The notes under the pieces are model-generated. The model worked only from the letters and a program-made list of their open reading frames with translations, made no database searches and had not been told where the DNA came from. Of a stretch of DNA of 64,000 nucleotides, positions 1 to 12,576 are shown piece by piece (position 1 is the stretch's first letter; every line of letters begins with the position of its first letter). Position numbers and translations under genes: made by a program. The DNA comes from Leidyana gryllorum EB-2025a (Eukaryota; Protista; Apicomplexa). The DNA lies in assembly GCA_048772705.1 (NCBI GenBank), contig JBLWGC010000051.1, positions 1 to 64,000 on the forward strand. Direction: 5' to 3'.

Positions 1-1720
1 GCTTACAGTGGCAAGTAGGCGATCGACTAAACCAATTCACAACACATCGTAAATGGAACAAATGTCCACACGGCAAACGCACAATTTCGTCTTCTCTCTG
101 GTCACCCAGACACACCGCACAACAGAACTCCTCCTCTGCACCCAGTGGTTCCGTCAACAGATAACGACGACATCGAGCTTCCACTTCTTCAGTCAACTCC
201 CGACTCGCACTGTCTCGCGCGGCACCACCTGTTCCGTCAAGAGCCATCATTACACGCTCTACATCCTGAGGATGCGCTTGCGAAATCAATTGCACCAGAG
301 CCATCGTCTGTAAATGAGTCGGTAGATCTCGTATGGTCAATTGCTGCTGCGGCTCCAACACGTCGATCCAGTGCGGCAAAATAGGTCGGCCCATGTGAAT
401 CGCTGTCAACGGACCAATCCGTCGCCGGACGACCCGCCGATTACCATTCGCCCCCGACCGGTCCATTGGCGTCATTGGATCAATCAGCAACACCATAGGA
501 GAAATTAGAAGGGGGTTCTGTGCAATCGAACCTGCTCGCTCGGAACCAGATGCTGGCTCCGTGGCTAAGATCTTGAATTGAATGCCGCAGACTGTGAACG
601 TTTCAGCTTCCCCGCGCAGGACATACGCGTGCTGCAAGGTAATGATCATCACATCCTAGAGAACACACGTGTGCTGGCAACCATTTGGCCCAGGAAGAAA
701 GGCTCATAGTCAATAAATGTATTGAATTACCTGATTCAGATAAGGCGAAAGGACATCGGTGAACAGATTCAATTGGTATGCCTGTGGGACTGTGTCTCGG
801 AACGGTGATATGTGGACCCGTTTGAACTGTCCGACTGCGTCTTCTTGGATATCAAGAACTGTCGATGGACCCAAGAGTTGCGGTGATTTTTCCGGTGCTG
901 TATCCTTGAACAGACCCGAGACCTCCGATGACAGCTCAAGAAACATCCCTGGATAGATCAAGAGACTATTGGTGCGCAGGCGCCGTTCCAACTTGTGTTT
1001 GGCCATCTCAAACCAGTTTGATACGTTCATGGTGGCCATACTACCTTCGCTGCTTGACATTGTGCCTCGTGCTGCTGCTGAAATGGGTTGCTCAAAAGAG
1101 GCGGATGCCGCAGGATTCTCGGAATGTGGTGACGAAGGGGATTCGGCAGAGGTCCCAGCCCGGGGCTGTTCGCATGAAGGTTGCTCGGTCGTATTGGCGG
1201 GTGTCTGATCAGGCGTTGGCCCGGTTGTCCAATCGGCTAATATCCCCTTGATGTGACTAAAGAAGCCGTGTCGTCTTTCGCTCTGTGCGGGTGCCCCATT
1301 CGATGGAGCAGCGGGATCCTGGGCAGCGTTCCACTTCTCCCATTGATACTTGGACGATAGCAGGAGGTTTGCATGGCTAGCTAGACCTACAGGCGGTCCC
1401 TCAAAGAAGAAGGATGATGAGTGGGTGATCAATACGTGTCCAGAAGGATGTGTGCCCACAATGATCCAAGCCAAGAGCCGATTGGCGTGAGTGGTGAGCA
1501 ATAAAGAGCTGTGAGCAACCCTAACATGGGCAGCAACAGCGGCTTGGATCATGGGTTGGACGATAGATCGACGCGTTTCAGCATTAAGATCGTCATCATT
1601 CGAATAATAAGGGGATTTGGGGTCAACATCATTGTGGCGGAAGGCTATTTTCAGATGGGAGGCAGTTTCGGCATAGGCCTGGGCCGTCAGGGGGAGGAGA
1701 TGAGCTTTCAAAAGGTCCAT
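1..1720 (-). CDS. RING-H2 E3 ligase-like protein with CDC48/p97 N-domain-like segment (multi-exon, runs off window start)
   Basis: ORF 710-1720 ends RVHISPFRDTVPQAYQLNLFTDVLSPYL. The next exon gives FTVCGIQFKILATEP (p97 N-domain-like). Reverse strand of 1-130 reads CAVCLGDQREDEIVRLPCGHLFHLRCVVNWFSRSPTC (RING-H2 spacing). Confidence 0.75.
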
Positions 1721-1823
1721 TGACAGATGAGAGACAGCATCAGCTGGATTGATTTTTCAATTAGAAATAAGTGGGCGACCGCATTGGTGCTCTCTTTGCT
1801 CTCTACTCTGCTTCTTGTTCTGC

Positions 1824-4800
1824 ATGTATCAAGTGTATTGTTGGTTCGGTCTGGCCGTTGCTTGGACAACGGTCGATGGAAGCGTTTTGCTGTCCGAGCT
1901 GTCAGGCGCTCAGCTGAGGCAACTGCTTGATGTGACGGGGAAGGTCAGCTCGGAAGAGCTAAGTTTAGCGACTCCACCTCCCAGCCACGAGTACGGCAAA
2001 TTTGACCCAGCAGTCGAGAAGCCCGACTTTGACGCGGTACGAGCGTCTATCGAAGAAGAGCTGAGTGCGCTTAATGTTGATGAAGTTTCAAAAAGAGTGT
2101 TAGATATTATACAGTCGTTGAGCAAAGTCTCGATCAAGGGTTCCGAGAAAGAGGACTCGGTCCAATCGCAAGGACAATTATCTGATGAAGACGGCAGCGA
2201 AAAGCGCCGCAGATTAAATGCTTTTGATGTCTATGGGGCGCACGGACTCGGTGGCAACGTCTTGTCGGCTGTGCCTGCTGTTACCACCGGTTGGGGGGCC
2301 GCCGCCAATCCCTGGGGTTACAATCCTTACGGTGCCTATGCGAACCCTTATGGGACCTATGGCTACGGACTCGGTGCAGCTCCATTTGGTGCGGCCAGTA
2401 TCTCGGATCCGTGGGCCTCCGTCCGCCCGATGGCTTACTCGGCAGCCCCGGCGGCTTACTATAGCCCACCAATCGTACCAGGATTGAACATGATGCCCTA
2501 CAGAGGTCTTGCATCACCCCAAGCCGCTTCCAGTGCATTGCTAAATATGATGATGCCCACCCCCCTGTATGCTGAGTTTGCACGTACCCCTGCCTCCCCC
2601 GCGGATCCTACGACTGCTGCCGCGGCCAGCGCGATCAATCCGTCGCCTTCGCCCGCAGTGGAAGGAGTCCCAGATATTCAGTCATTGATCTCTTCAATGA
2701 CTGCTGACATGGGAAACACGCTTGGTGAGCGAGTGGGAAACACCCTTGGCACAAGTCTAGCTGCAGACTTGAATCTTATCAATGGTGTTGCCAACAGTGC
2801 TGCGACAAACTTCAGAAACCTGATCAATGGTACTCAATATTCCCCTCTTGGCCTCTATCCTGCGCCTCCAACCTTCGGCGGCATGAAACGCCGCCTGGAG
2901 GGCCTGACTGCTGAAGAGATACTAGCAGCTCTCAATCAACTTGCTGGTCTCGCTGCTGCTACCACCACCACTACCACAACAACGACACCGGCCCCCATAG
3001 TCAGTGACGGTGTGAATGCGAATTCCCTCAGTCTGGACTCTCTGTTGTCAAGTCTGCTCAACAGCTCATCCTCACTCACGCCGACCACCTCGGTGACGCA
3101 AACTAACGCAACTGATGCTCTTTCGTCCCTCTTGAACCCAGAATTCCCAACGCCCATACCTTTGGAAGCCATCACAGCCGAAAGTGTTGCCAGTGTCTGG
3201 AACAATGCTATCGAATCGTTGACGAACACCAGTCAACAGCTCTCCATTCCTACTCTCGATGGATACAACGCCTCGCTGCCCGAAATTGATACCATTGGCA
3301 ACGCTGCCGGTCTTCCTCAAATCAATGAGCTCGTTGGTCAAAACCTCGGTACGTCGCTCGGGAGCACCGTCGGCAATCTGGCATCAAGCACGTCAAGTCT
3401 TATCAGTAGCTATATCAACGGTGCCAAGGAAGCATTCCTGGACTCCTTTTCGCCCAGTCTCGCTAGTCTATTCAAATCAGACTCAAGCAGTATCGCGCGA
3501 CGAAGGTTGGCCGCTGTGGCTCACAAAAGAAAATTGGATGCCAGCACACCATCGTGTGCACTGGCGAACACACTATATCGCTCCGCGGATTCTATCTCGT
3601 TCAACAATGTTGACAGTCTCACAGTGTGTCAGATGATCTGCCAAACCTATTCTGATGCCGGTGTGTACTTCGGGAACTGTGCTTCACCACTCAGTGCCTC
3701 CGAGAAGCAGTGTGTGGGAGCGAGCTTCTCAGAGGTCACCGGTCGATGTTCGATATTCTTCAGCATTGAAGATCAATTCACTATTGAGGGTTATGGCTCT
3801 GTGCCTTTGCATTGTGATGAGTCTATGTTTGTGCAGACTCAATCCCGGGTCAACGCAATCACTGCAAACACGCAATGCTACGAGCAGATCGACTGGACCG
3901 TTATTCGGACGGTTGCAGACTCAGCCTCGCCGGAAGCTCCTAATACTCTTTCAGTCACTGCCTTCCCGGAGTTGCCTGCCTTCTCGAACGAGGAAGTTTC
4001 GGTTTCCAACATGTGGCACTACAATCCTGGTAAGAATGCCTTTAACCAGAGTCGCCAATGAATAAATGATCATAAACTCCTCAGATACGCCTGTCAAGTC
4101 GGCGGACGGTGAATTTAAGGACAATGTAATATATCAAGTCGGCTATGGTGTGAGCAATACTGATGGTTACTGGGGCCAGAGCTTCAATATAACTGACTGG
4201 CGGTATTGTGCTTGGCTGTGTACACAGCAATCACTGTGTACGCACTGGACGTACTACTTCAATCCGACCACTTATGCGACAATGAAAGGTGGCTGTACTC
4301 TGGCAACCAACACTGAGCCTGCGGCGTCGGCTGTATCATCTGTGCAGACGGTCAGTGGCCCTCGCATGACCCAATTGCCAGTTGATCTGTTTGGATCCTA
4401 CGGCAATACAGGTCGTAGGCTTTTCGTAGCTGATCCGGAGCAGAAGAAGTGGGTGGCGGCGGCAAATCCGCCGAAGAGACGATTGGATAGTCCCTATGTG
4501 TCTTCGATCGTAGACCCCAAGATAATGACAAAGTATGGATTGAGGCAGTTGGAAGGGGAAAGTGAGGTGGCCGAGAGTACAGCCAGCGTCACTGGGGCGA
4601 GTGTGAGAGCGTGTGAGGATCCTGGATTCGCGTACCGCAGTTTGTATAGTTCAACTGCCACGGCCGCACGGATGGCAGACACAGTCACCTCTTTCGTAGC
4701 CCGCACGCCAGAAGCATGTGCTGCTTCTTGCAAGGAGGCCAGTGGATGCGTGGCATGGCAGTATGTGCCGGAGTACACAATTAGTAGCGATTCGCGACTG

Positions 4801-6310
4801 CAAGAAAGTCAACTGACGACTTGCGCTCTGCTGAGTTCAGTGACGTCTGCGAAGGTACCATCGGTCCCTCAGATGATTTCTGGGTTGAATGTCGATGGGA
4901 CCTGCAACGATGCTGACCTGCCTCAAATGGGTGCCGCTGTAGCTGCCGTCAAAGTAACGTCAGCCACGAACAGTGTGTCTTCGACCAGCAACACTACCAC
5001 AGCAGCGCCTACTGATGAGTCGGAGCTGCCAACGGACGAGTCCAGCGTAGTTTCCTCGGTGGTCAAAGACGGAATGACGAATGTCACTACCTGCTTTGAT
5101 GCTGATGGGCACGAGAATCATTTCGCTAATGGCGTCAGTATCCGGGGGCGATTATTGAGTGAGGGAAACAACGTGATCCGGGACACAGAGTCGCCCGAGA
5201 AATGTCGTCAGGCGTGCGAAAGTGCATCCAATTGCACAGTCTTCAGTTGGGGACAATGGCAGGGATGCTACTTGATGGAAACTGTTGAGGCATTTGTTGC
5301 CGATACCAGTGGATTGGTTTATTCAGGCTATGGCGCGTGTCATGAGAATTCTCGAAACGAGGCCGGCCGACGTCGTTTGGAGGAGGCAGCTGCTGCGGAA
5401 GAAGACGACCGTTCAGTGGTCACATGTGAAAGAGCGCAACGAGGAGTCATCTATTCTGATGGGACTATATTGGATCAAATCGAGAATCAGCACTCAGACG
5501 CCGATAGTTGTTGGGCAGCATGCCGCGCTCATCCGGACTGCTTCTACATGACTTACATCAACAATGAAGGGTCAAATGTTTGTGTATTCTTCAGCGAGGT
5601 GGAAGGCACTACTGAAGTTGGCACGAGTATAGCGACCAGTGCAGAGAGCAATTGTGATGTGCTGGGTGATCTTGGTGAGTTGGCAGCCTTATGTATGTGG
5701 AATGGTCCTACCGCTGCCTAAGCTGAAGGCGGCGGGTGGAATTATGCATCAATGTTTCCTGCCTGCTCGGTGTCACCGTGTGTGCTCGGGTGTGTGCGTA
5801 TATGCGGCAGGCTGGTGGTATGGGCTGGTACGCTTTTGACTGTTGTTGGGGGGTTCGTGGGGAAAGCCAGATTTGAGTTAAGACGTTGTATTAGATTTTG
5901 AGAGCGGATGGTGGAGGACGGTGAAGAAGACTGCGAAGAGCAAGACAAGTGCGGCCGTGGGAGGCACCATTGCTGGAGCATTCGTGGTCGGACTGGTGGT
6001 TGTGGGAGGTGTAGAATATTCGAAGAAGCGCAAAGCCAAGGCTACGAGCGGTGAGGGGAAGGCAGCCGCACGTACGACGTTCTTGGCCGATCTGACTCCG
6101 AGTGTGGACGGGGACGACGACGACACGGAGGGTGTGACATCGCAAGGAGAAGCTAAAAGCGGTTCTCCGCTGCGTGTGAAGAGAAAAAGGAACATGTTCG
6201 GAATGGCGAGTCCTGGGGCTCTGGAGCGTGGAAGTCCGTCACTTCATGTTGACGACTTTGAGAAAGTGGAGCCCAAGTCAACAGGCAAGAGACTTCGTCG
6301 ATACTTTTGA
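1824..6310 (+). CDS. Type I membrane protein with signal peptide, Tyr/Gly-rich and Ser/Thr-rich segments, about five PAN/Apple-like Cys domains, TM helix and cytoplasmic tail
   Basis: Signal-like MYQVYCWFGLAVAWTTVDG at 1824. CxxxC...C..W/F modules: CAWLCTQQSLCTHW, CAASCKEASGCVAW, CRQACESASNCTVF, CWAACRAHPDCFYM. Intron about 4030-4084 joins the ORFs. A second intron near 5691-5890 leads to TM AVGGTIAGAFVVGLVVVGGV followed by KKRK. Confidence 0.75.
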
Positions 6311-6460
6311 ATTTGGTGCTTTGTATTATGGGAAGGGGATGTGATCATGAAGTGAGATTGAAAAACAGTGATGCGGTGAGCAAGCTCTGGGATTCATTGT
6401 AAAGTGCATTCAAGGTGTCTGTACGTCCAGGAGGAGGAGGATTGGGCGCGCAGACAGCAA

Positions 6461-9434
6461 TGTTGGTGGATGATGGGGGAGAAGAGTTTAGTCTACGGAG
6501 TCGTCACCGTCCTCCAATGGGTAAATCTCCCCCTCCCGCAGTTCGTGATAGTGCAACGGACGAGACTGGCGAGGGTGACGGAGAAGACATTTTGTCCGAG
6601 GAGGAAGTAGGGGGGTTACTATGTCCTGTGATGTGGGAGGCACAGGACGGCGTGCTGGGTCGGTGCGGGGATGTGGAATGCTGCGGTAGCGCACAGAACG
6701 AGGTGAGGCCACACACGACCTGGCGCAAAGACCTTTATCAGTAGGAGGGCGGACGTTTTGTACGACAGAGTGACGAGCGTGCCCTTTTCGAGTGCTCAAG
6801 GCGATGTAAGTTCTGGCAGCATTTAGGCTGTTTCAGACGGAGATTAAAGGAGTATCACTCGTTGGTTGACCGACGGATGTGTGTCACCCCCGACTGTGGC
6901 GGCTATCTGCTGCGCGCAACCGCGATCGACCCGGACGGACAAGTTACGCGGAAATACGTTGATTGTGAGTTACACCCCCACTTAGTTGATTGATTGTATA
7001 CGTACAGACAAGATGGCCCTGGAGGACTATCGTCAGCTGCAATCAACTACCGCTGCAGCCGCCTCTCCCGTCGCAAACACACCCCAATCACGACAAATAC
7101 CTATCCTGCTCAAGAGTCAACGGCAGCCACCCTTCAGCGGCGCGGCTCAACAAAAGGGGCCGCAGCGTACACTGGCCGATTCAACTACCAAACGAGGCCG
7201 GGTGGACCCGACCAGGCGCTATCTCACTGCACTCGCACGGCGATTACCACCCGCGGACAGCAAGAGTGGTACTGGCACTGGTGGGAGCAAAGATGAAACA
7301 GATTCGGCCCTCTCCAAGACTCAACTTCCTGCCTCTCCCCTCCTATACATTGATGACACTGTATCGTCGACCAGCGCCATGCGGGAAGGAGGAGGCATTG
7401 ACGAGGTCGTCTCCGAGAGGTCCCCACCGTGCCATTCTCCGCCATGCCCGTTGCTCCTAATGCTGATGAACGGGGCTATTAGCCCCTCTGCAGTACGGCA
7501 CAATGCTGCTCTACGGGACCTCGCTGTGGCAAATCTACACGCTAAAGCTAACGCCACGCCACCAGATGACTTCTCCACCAGACAAGCCATAAACACTGTC
7601 GCAGTCTCCCTTTCCGCTCCAATTGTCAGTGAAACCGGATGGGAGAGCAGTTTGCCTTCGCAAGTGACCGCTCCCACTCCCGGGCCCGAGAGAACCCTCA
7701 ACCCCGATGCTGCCCCGTTCGTACCTGGTGCCATACAAGATACAGGCAACGTCCCCATACTCGACAAGAACACAGCGAAAGCTCTATCCTTCGAGGACTA
7801 TCAGCATTCCCCCAGCGAAATGGATTGGATGCACATGCGGCACCTCTCTGGGTCTGCTGAAGCCGTGCTCTATCATCCATCGCCCTCGATCAGACCTATC
7901 GACTTCCCTCCCTCCACGACTGCCGAAATGTCGCACCCTTCCACCTTACTGGCCCGAGACATCGGAGCGCCAGGAGGACCTGTCGGACCACTCTCAGATC
8001 CTGAACAAACTGACACTTCTCCCGTTCTCAGCACTCTCAGTGTGCATATGAGCACATTAGAACGGAAGGATCTCCTGCCTGACATCTCCGAAGGTCTTCC
8101 ACGGCGAGTTCGCGAAGATCAGCCGTGCCAGTATATCCCGAATGGGTCATTCTATCCTCCCCATTCCTCTCCGCTCCTAGTCGCCGGACCCACAAACCAC
8201 AACCGGATACCCACTCGGCCACCCTCGGTCGAACCGCACTTTACACATCCAAGACGGAGACAAACGTCCATTTCTATACATATACCTCCCAATAATGTGC
8301 TACCACGGAGCACAGAACCGAGACAAGGCACTGGCGATGACGTCTTAAGTGGCTCTGTCCATCCAGCCGCCTCCGAACTGAAGGGAAATACTGAAACTCA
8401 GGTGCTACCTCCCAAACCCAAACCTCCACGAATGCCTGGGCTCTTCAAAACTTCATCCTGTCCTGGTAAGTATTACATCTGCACCAACCTCAAAGCTCCC
8501 GCTCCCCGATCCTATACGCTGAAGGATAGTCGCGATCACATCACTGATCTGTCGGCCGGGCGCTGCTGGAGCTCACTCTCGCATTACCGAATTTTGAGCA
8601 ACTCACACCTTTGCAGATGGGAACGGAGTATTACATGTGCGAGGGTCCGGCGAAGAGCCCTCTGAGCCAGAAGTCGCGACAAGCGAGAAACCTCAGGTCT
8701 CACGGACGATATCTGCTGACATTGTTGTCACTTACAAGGCTTCAATTGTCCCCACTTATCGGCCCAAAGACACGAGCTATAACCGCTTACGGAGAAGAGC
8801 TGAGGAAATACTACGGCAGCAGCGGAAACGCGAGTCTTTCTCCATAACACAGCTGGCTTTGGCCTCCTTCACCAGCACAGCTGCGGTCATCAGCAATTGC
8901 CACACGCTCCCTCAGACCCTCTCCGGGCCGACTGCTATCATGAGCTCGGTGGGGGGCGGGTCTACAAGTGAAAGCGGCAGTGCACAGCAGACCGGCGGTC
9001 CCCGCAACACTTCCAAGAGTGCTAACAGCAACAATGAGTCAGTCGCCACTTCGAGTCAAGGCAGCATCTCGGTTGCCCAAGGACCCCATCACCCTACCAT
9101 GGCAGGGGGATCACGCGACATGACTGGTGGCGGGTCCTCTGACGGGGTCCATCAGCCACAGCAATCACAGCAAGGACAGCCACCAGCCGGAAGCAGTATT
9201 CGAGGGCCCAGTCCAGTGGCGGCTGACGGCATGGGTAGCTGGTTGTCTTCAGCTGCGAGCAGGTTATCTGTGGCTGGTCCTGGTTTGGGAAGAGCGTCCG
9301 CCGCAGCTTATCATCATCCTACTACTGCTAATACCGGTGGCATTCCCGGAACTATTATCAGTGGCATTGATGGCAGCAGCACAGGATACCATTCAATGAT
9401 ACAACAGCAGCAACAAGCCACATCCGGTAAGTAG
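6461..9434 (+). CDS. Hypothetical protein with N-terminal Cys/His zinc module (TTC3/DZIP3-like), PAM2 motif and long disordered region; ends uncertain
   Basis: Exon about 6760-6960 reads FECSRRCKFWQHLGCFRR...CVTPDCGGY. LNPDAAPFVP near 7697. Intron about 8466-8616 joins ORFs 6986-8665 and 8637-9434. Confidence 0.5.
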
Positions 9435-9797
9435 TACGAGTTGCTTGGAAGCTCTTGCTTTGACTGCTGTGAGCGACTGCGCTGGTGACTGTTGAGGCAA
9501 GCACTCGCCCGCGGAGTGCGTTGCGTGTCCATGGTGTGTGGTGTTTGTGATGTGTATATGACGTGAAGTAACAACGAGAGTAGGTGGAGTTTGGCAGCCA
9601 GAGGAGGAGGTAAGCTACGGCTACGACGCGGCGGGGATGGTTGCTGCCCCGTACCACCACTTCCCTTACCACCAGCAACATCAATGGTCTTCATTGACAT
9701 GGGGCCACTACGACAGATACTATACAGCAACAGATGGTATTATGTGGTGGACAGCTAAGGTCAACGATGAACCGAAACAAGCCGAACTACATATGTC

Positions 9798-10902
9798 TTA
9801 GTTGTCATCTTCGTTTATCATTGCAGCTGCAGTAGGATTTGCCTTTGTAGACGACTGCACGGCTATCAACCCCCCCATCACCCCTTTCAGTTCTTCTTGA
9901 ATCTGCCGTAATTGAGCAGTTCGTTCTTCGTGCACTTTTCGGCGATTGTCTATTTCGGCGAAACCGATGCGAACCTGGTTGTGTGAGGCGGTGTCGTCGG
10001 CTGTACTGTCGGAGAGGTGTACTTACTTTCTCTGACTCTAAATGTATCTTTTCCTGGAGCACAGGTACTGATCGTCGTTGCAGCACTTCGTGAGCGGTTT
10101 GATCACATTGTTCAAGTCGTCTACGTTCTTCTCTGACACTTTCCAGCTCCGCCCGCAGGGCAGTTACATCGGCTTCCATTTGAGCATTGGCAGCCGCGGT
10201 CTGCTCATATACTTCAGCTAGAGTGATGAGGCCGTCCAGGTCTCGTACGAGCATCAGTGCATGATCAATGACATTCTCTTTCACCATGAACTCTATATGA
10301 CTGTCAGTATTGCCAGCCGCGGGCGGATTGGGGATAGCCGTTGTCTCCTCAGAGGAGCCCATATCTTGTCCAGCTGCTGCTGGAGCTGAGTTGACGCCTC
10401 CAAGCGTCCTGACGACGGCGCAGAAGGCATTGCGTATCAAGGTGGCGAGGGGTGTGGCATCAGTTCGCCAAATCTGTTGAGCCCGCAAGCCGACCTGGAT
10501 GAGGTATCTGTGGGCCGAGAGATGTATAGAGTCTTAAGAGTGGTATGGGTGTGATCATTGTTACCTATTGCTGAGTCCATTGTGCTGTTCGGGAGCTGCA
10601 TGACGTTGAACAAACGGTTGGGTGCCAGCGATTTTCGGGGCGTTCGGACAGGCGGATCCTCCGAGAACGTCCAGCATGTTCTGTTTGGTGGGGAGGTCCC
10701 CATACAGCTTAGGTACGGGGGGTGGTTTGAGGCGCACTGCTCGAGGCATACCGCCACCTCCACCATGGCGCACCCTGCCTGAACCAGAGCTTATGCTGCC
10801 AGTGCTCATCATGGAGTCCTTCTGGTGAAAGCTCCTCGACGAGGATTGAAAGCCTCCTCCCCCACTGTTGGTGCGTCCTCCGCCCCCTTGTTCAAACCTC
10901 AT
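9798..10902 (-). CDS. THO complex subunit 7 (THOC7/Mft1)-like coiled-coil protein
   Basis: Spliced product (introns about 10510-10564 and 9977-10026) contains LRAELESVREERRRLEQCDQTAHEVLQRRS...RRKVHEERTAQLRQIQEEL, resembling the THOC7 C-terminal coiled coil. Confidence 0.5.
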
Positions 10903-10952
10903 GTTATATATGTATGTGGTCAGTCCAAAAACCAATTTTCAAAGAGCCTAAA

Positions 10953-12451
10953 CTACATCCACAACTTTGAGGTACTGATATTAACAGACTCTGTCACAGA
11001 TTGTCCATCTTTCAATCCATTTTCCCAACAACTTACTCCAATTCTTCCCTTCTCGATACATTTTCAGCGCTTCAGCCGGAAGCTGAAGGTGATACATTGC
11101 GACGAAGGGGAGGGGATCATCCCAGGTGAAAAAGCCTTCCGTGCCGAAAAGTAAGAGTTTGGCCAGACGCTTGAGGTTGCGATCACCAAAGATTGCGTCA
11201 TAAATAACGTGGCCCAGCCAGTATACGTGCATTGACTTGTTGAGTGGGACGATCGGCCATTTTGGCACATCCAACGTTCGTTCTTGCACCAACTCCTCAT
11301 CATCCACAGAGGTGCGCAAAGACTTCTTGGTCGGATAGTACGCTTCCGACAGCCACGGGTGGTCTCTAAATAGACATATTGCCGTGTGACACCGTGGATT
11401 GCACTCAATTGGGAGCAACACCGTCTTGCCGTCCTCTTCCGTCATGATAAAGTCAAAACTGATGTGACCAGTGATCCGCAACGGAGCCACAAACTTTCTT
11501 GTGAACTCGAGAGCCTCTGGAACCATCACCTCCTCGTATTCCAGGAGAACGTCCTTGCTTGGAACACAGCAATAAGCCTTCACCTCGCCTTTCTGCACGA
11601 TACTGTATGTGGCCAACTCTCTCCCTTTGACGAACTCCTGCAGCACGAAAGGATCCCGTTCACCAATTCGCAAGTGCGCCATCGCAGCGCTAATTTCATC
11701 ACGACTCATCGAAGCGTCCAACACCACAAGGGCGCGTACGTCATCAGGTATCCAATTTGATCGCTTCAATACAAAGCGTTTGGTCGGTTGGTCGGTAAAC
11801 TTGAAGTCTAATACCTCCTCTTTGCTGCCGATAGGATACGTCGCCGGCACTCGGAGACCCAATTCTTTGCACTACATCAGCGATCATCCCAGTCCGGGCT
11901 ATCAGAGCCGTCACAATCCTTACCTTAGATATAAATGGCGCTTTCTGGTCCAAATCACGCACCAGATCCGCACCATAGAAGAAGGTTTCCACTCCCATAT
12001 CAGCCAGCACCGGAGCAACCAAAGCATCGTGATAGGAAGTTGCCACAGGACTGACCGGAATAAACAGTTTGATCTGTTCCTCCTTGCAAATGTTCGCGAG
12101 TGCCTGTGCGTAGCCCCTGTAATCCACAGTTGGATCAGGAACAAGTAGGAATCTAGCTACTGCCCCGCTGTATTTGGAAGCTATGTAGGACACGTGTGTG
12201 TCAAGCTCCACCATAATCACGCGATGGCCCCCTTTGTACATAGCTCGGGCAACATCCAGTGCCTTATTCATAGAACCCCCGTTAATCAGAACGGTTATTC
12301 CCTCCTTGCTCTCAGGGTCGGCCACATGGTTCGCCCAGAATGTGCGTCGTACCCATGCAATCAACAGGAGGAGCAACGACAGCGGGAGGCCCGCTGCGGT
12401 TGCGAGCAACACAGCAGCAGTCTTTACCGCGAGCTCACGCGATGGCTGCAT
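10953..12451 (-). CDS. mysC: ATP-grasp ligase of the mycosporine-glycine synthase (MysC) family
   Basis: Hydrophobic N-terminus then TVLINGGSMNKALDVARAMYKGGHRVIMVE, YAQALANICKEEQIKLFIPVSPVATSYHDA, LQEFVKGRE, GHISFDFI, PIECNPRCHTAI, FTWDDPLPF. Introns 11872-11923 and 10991-11036 give C-terminus WKSVNISTSKLWM*. Confidence 0.85.
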
Positions 12452-12576
12452 CCGTATCAACCCGAAATCCTAACAAATTACAGGCGCTGACTGACCACAC
12501 ACACATACACGTATGGTTGTGCGTACTGGGCGTGTGGTATCATTAGCTGTGTGTATATGTTGATCGTGGTCGAGCA

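Noticed and set aside
145-384. Plus-strand 79-aa ORF
   Set aside because: Antisense to the RING-H2 exon, which has the clear motif.
4030-4084. Apparent stop or frameshift between the two PAN ORFs (and similar breaks elsewhere) suggesting pseudogenes, readthrough or an alternative code
   Set aside because: Canonical GT-AG introns restore the frame; no recoding is needed.
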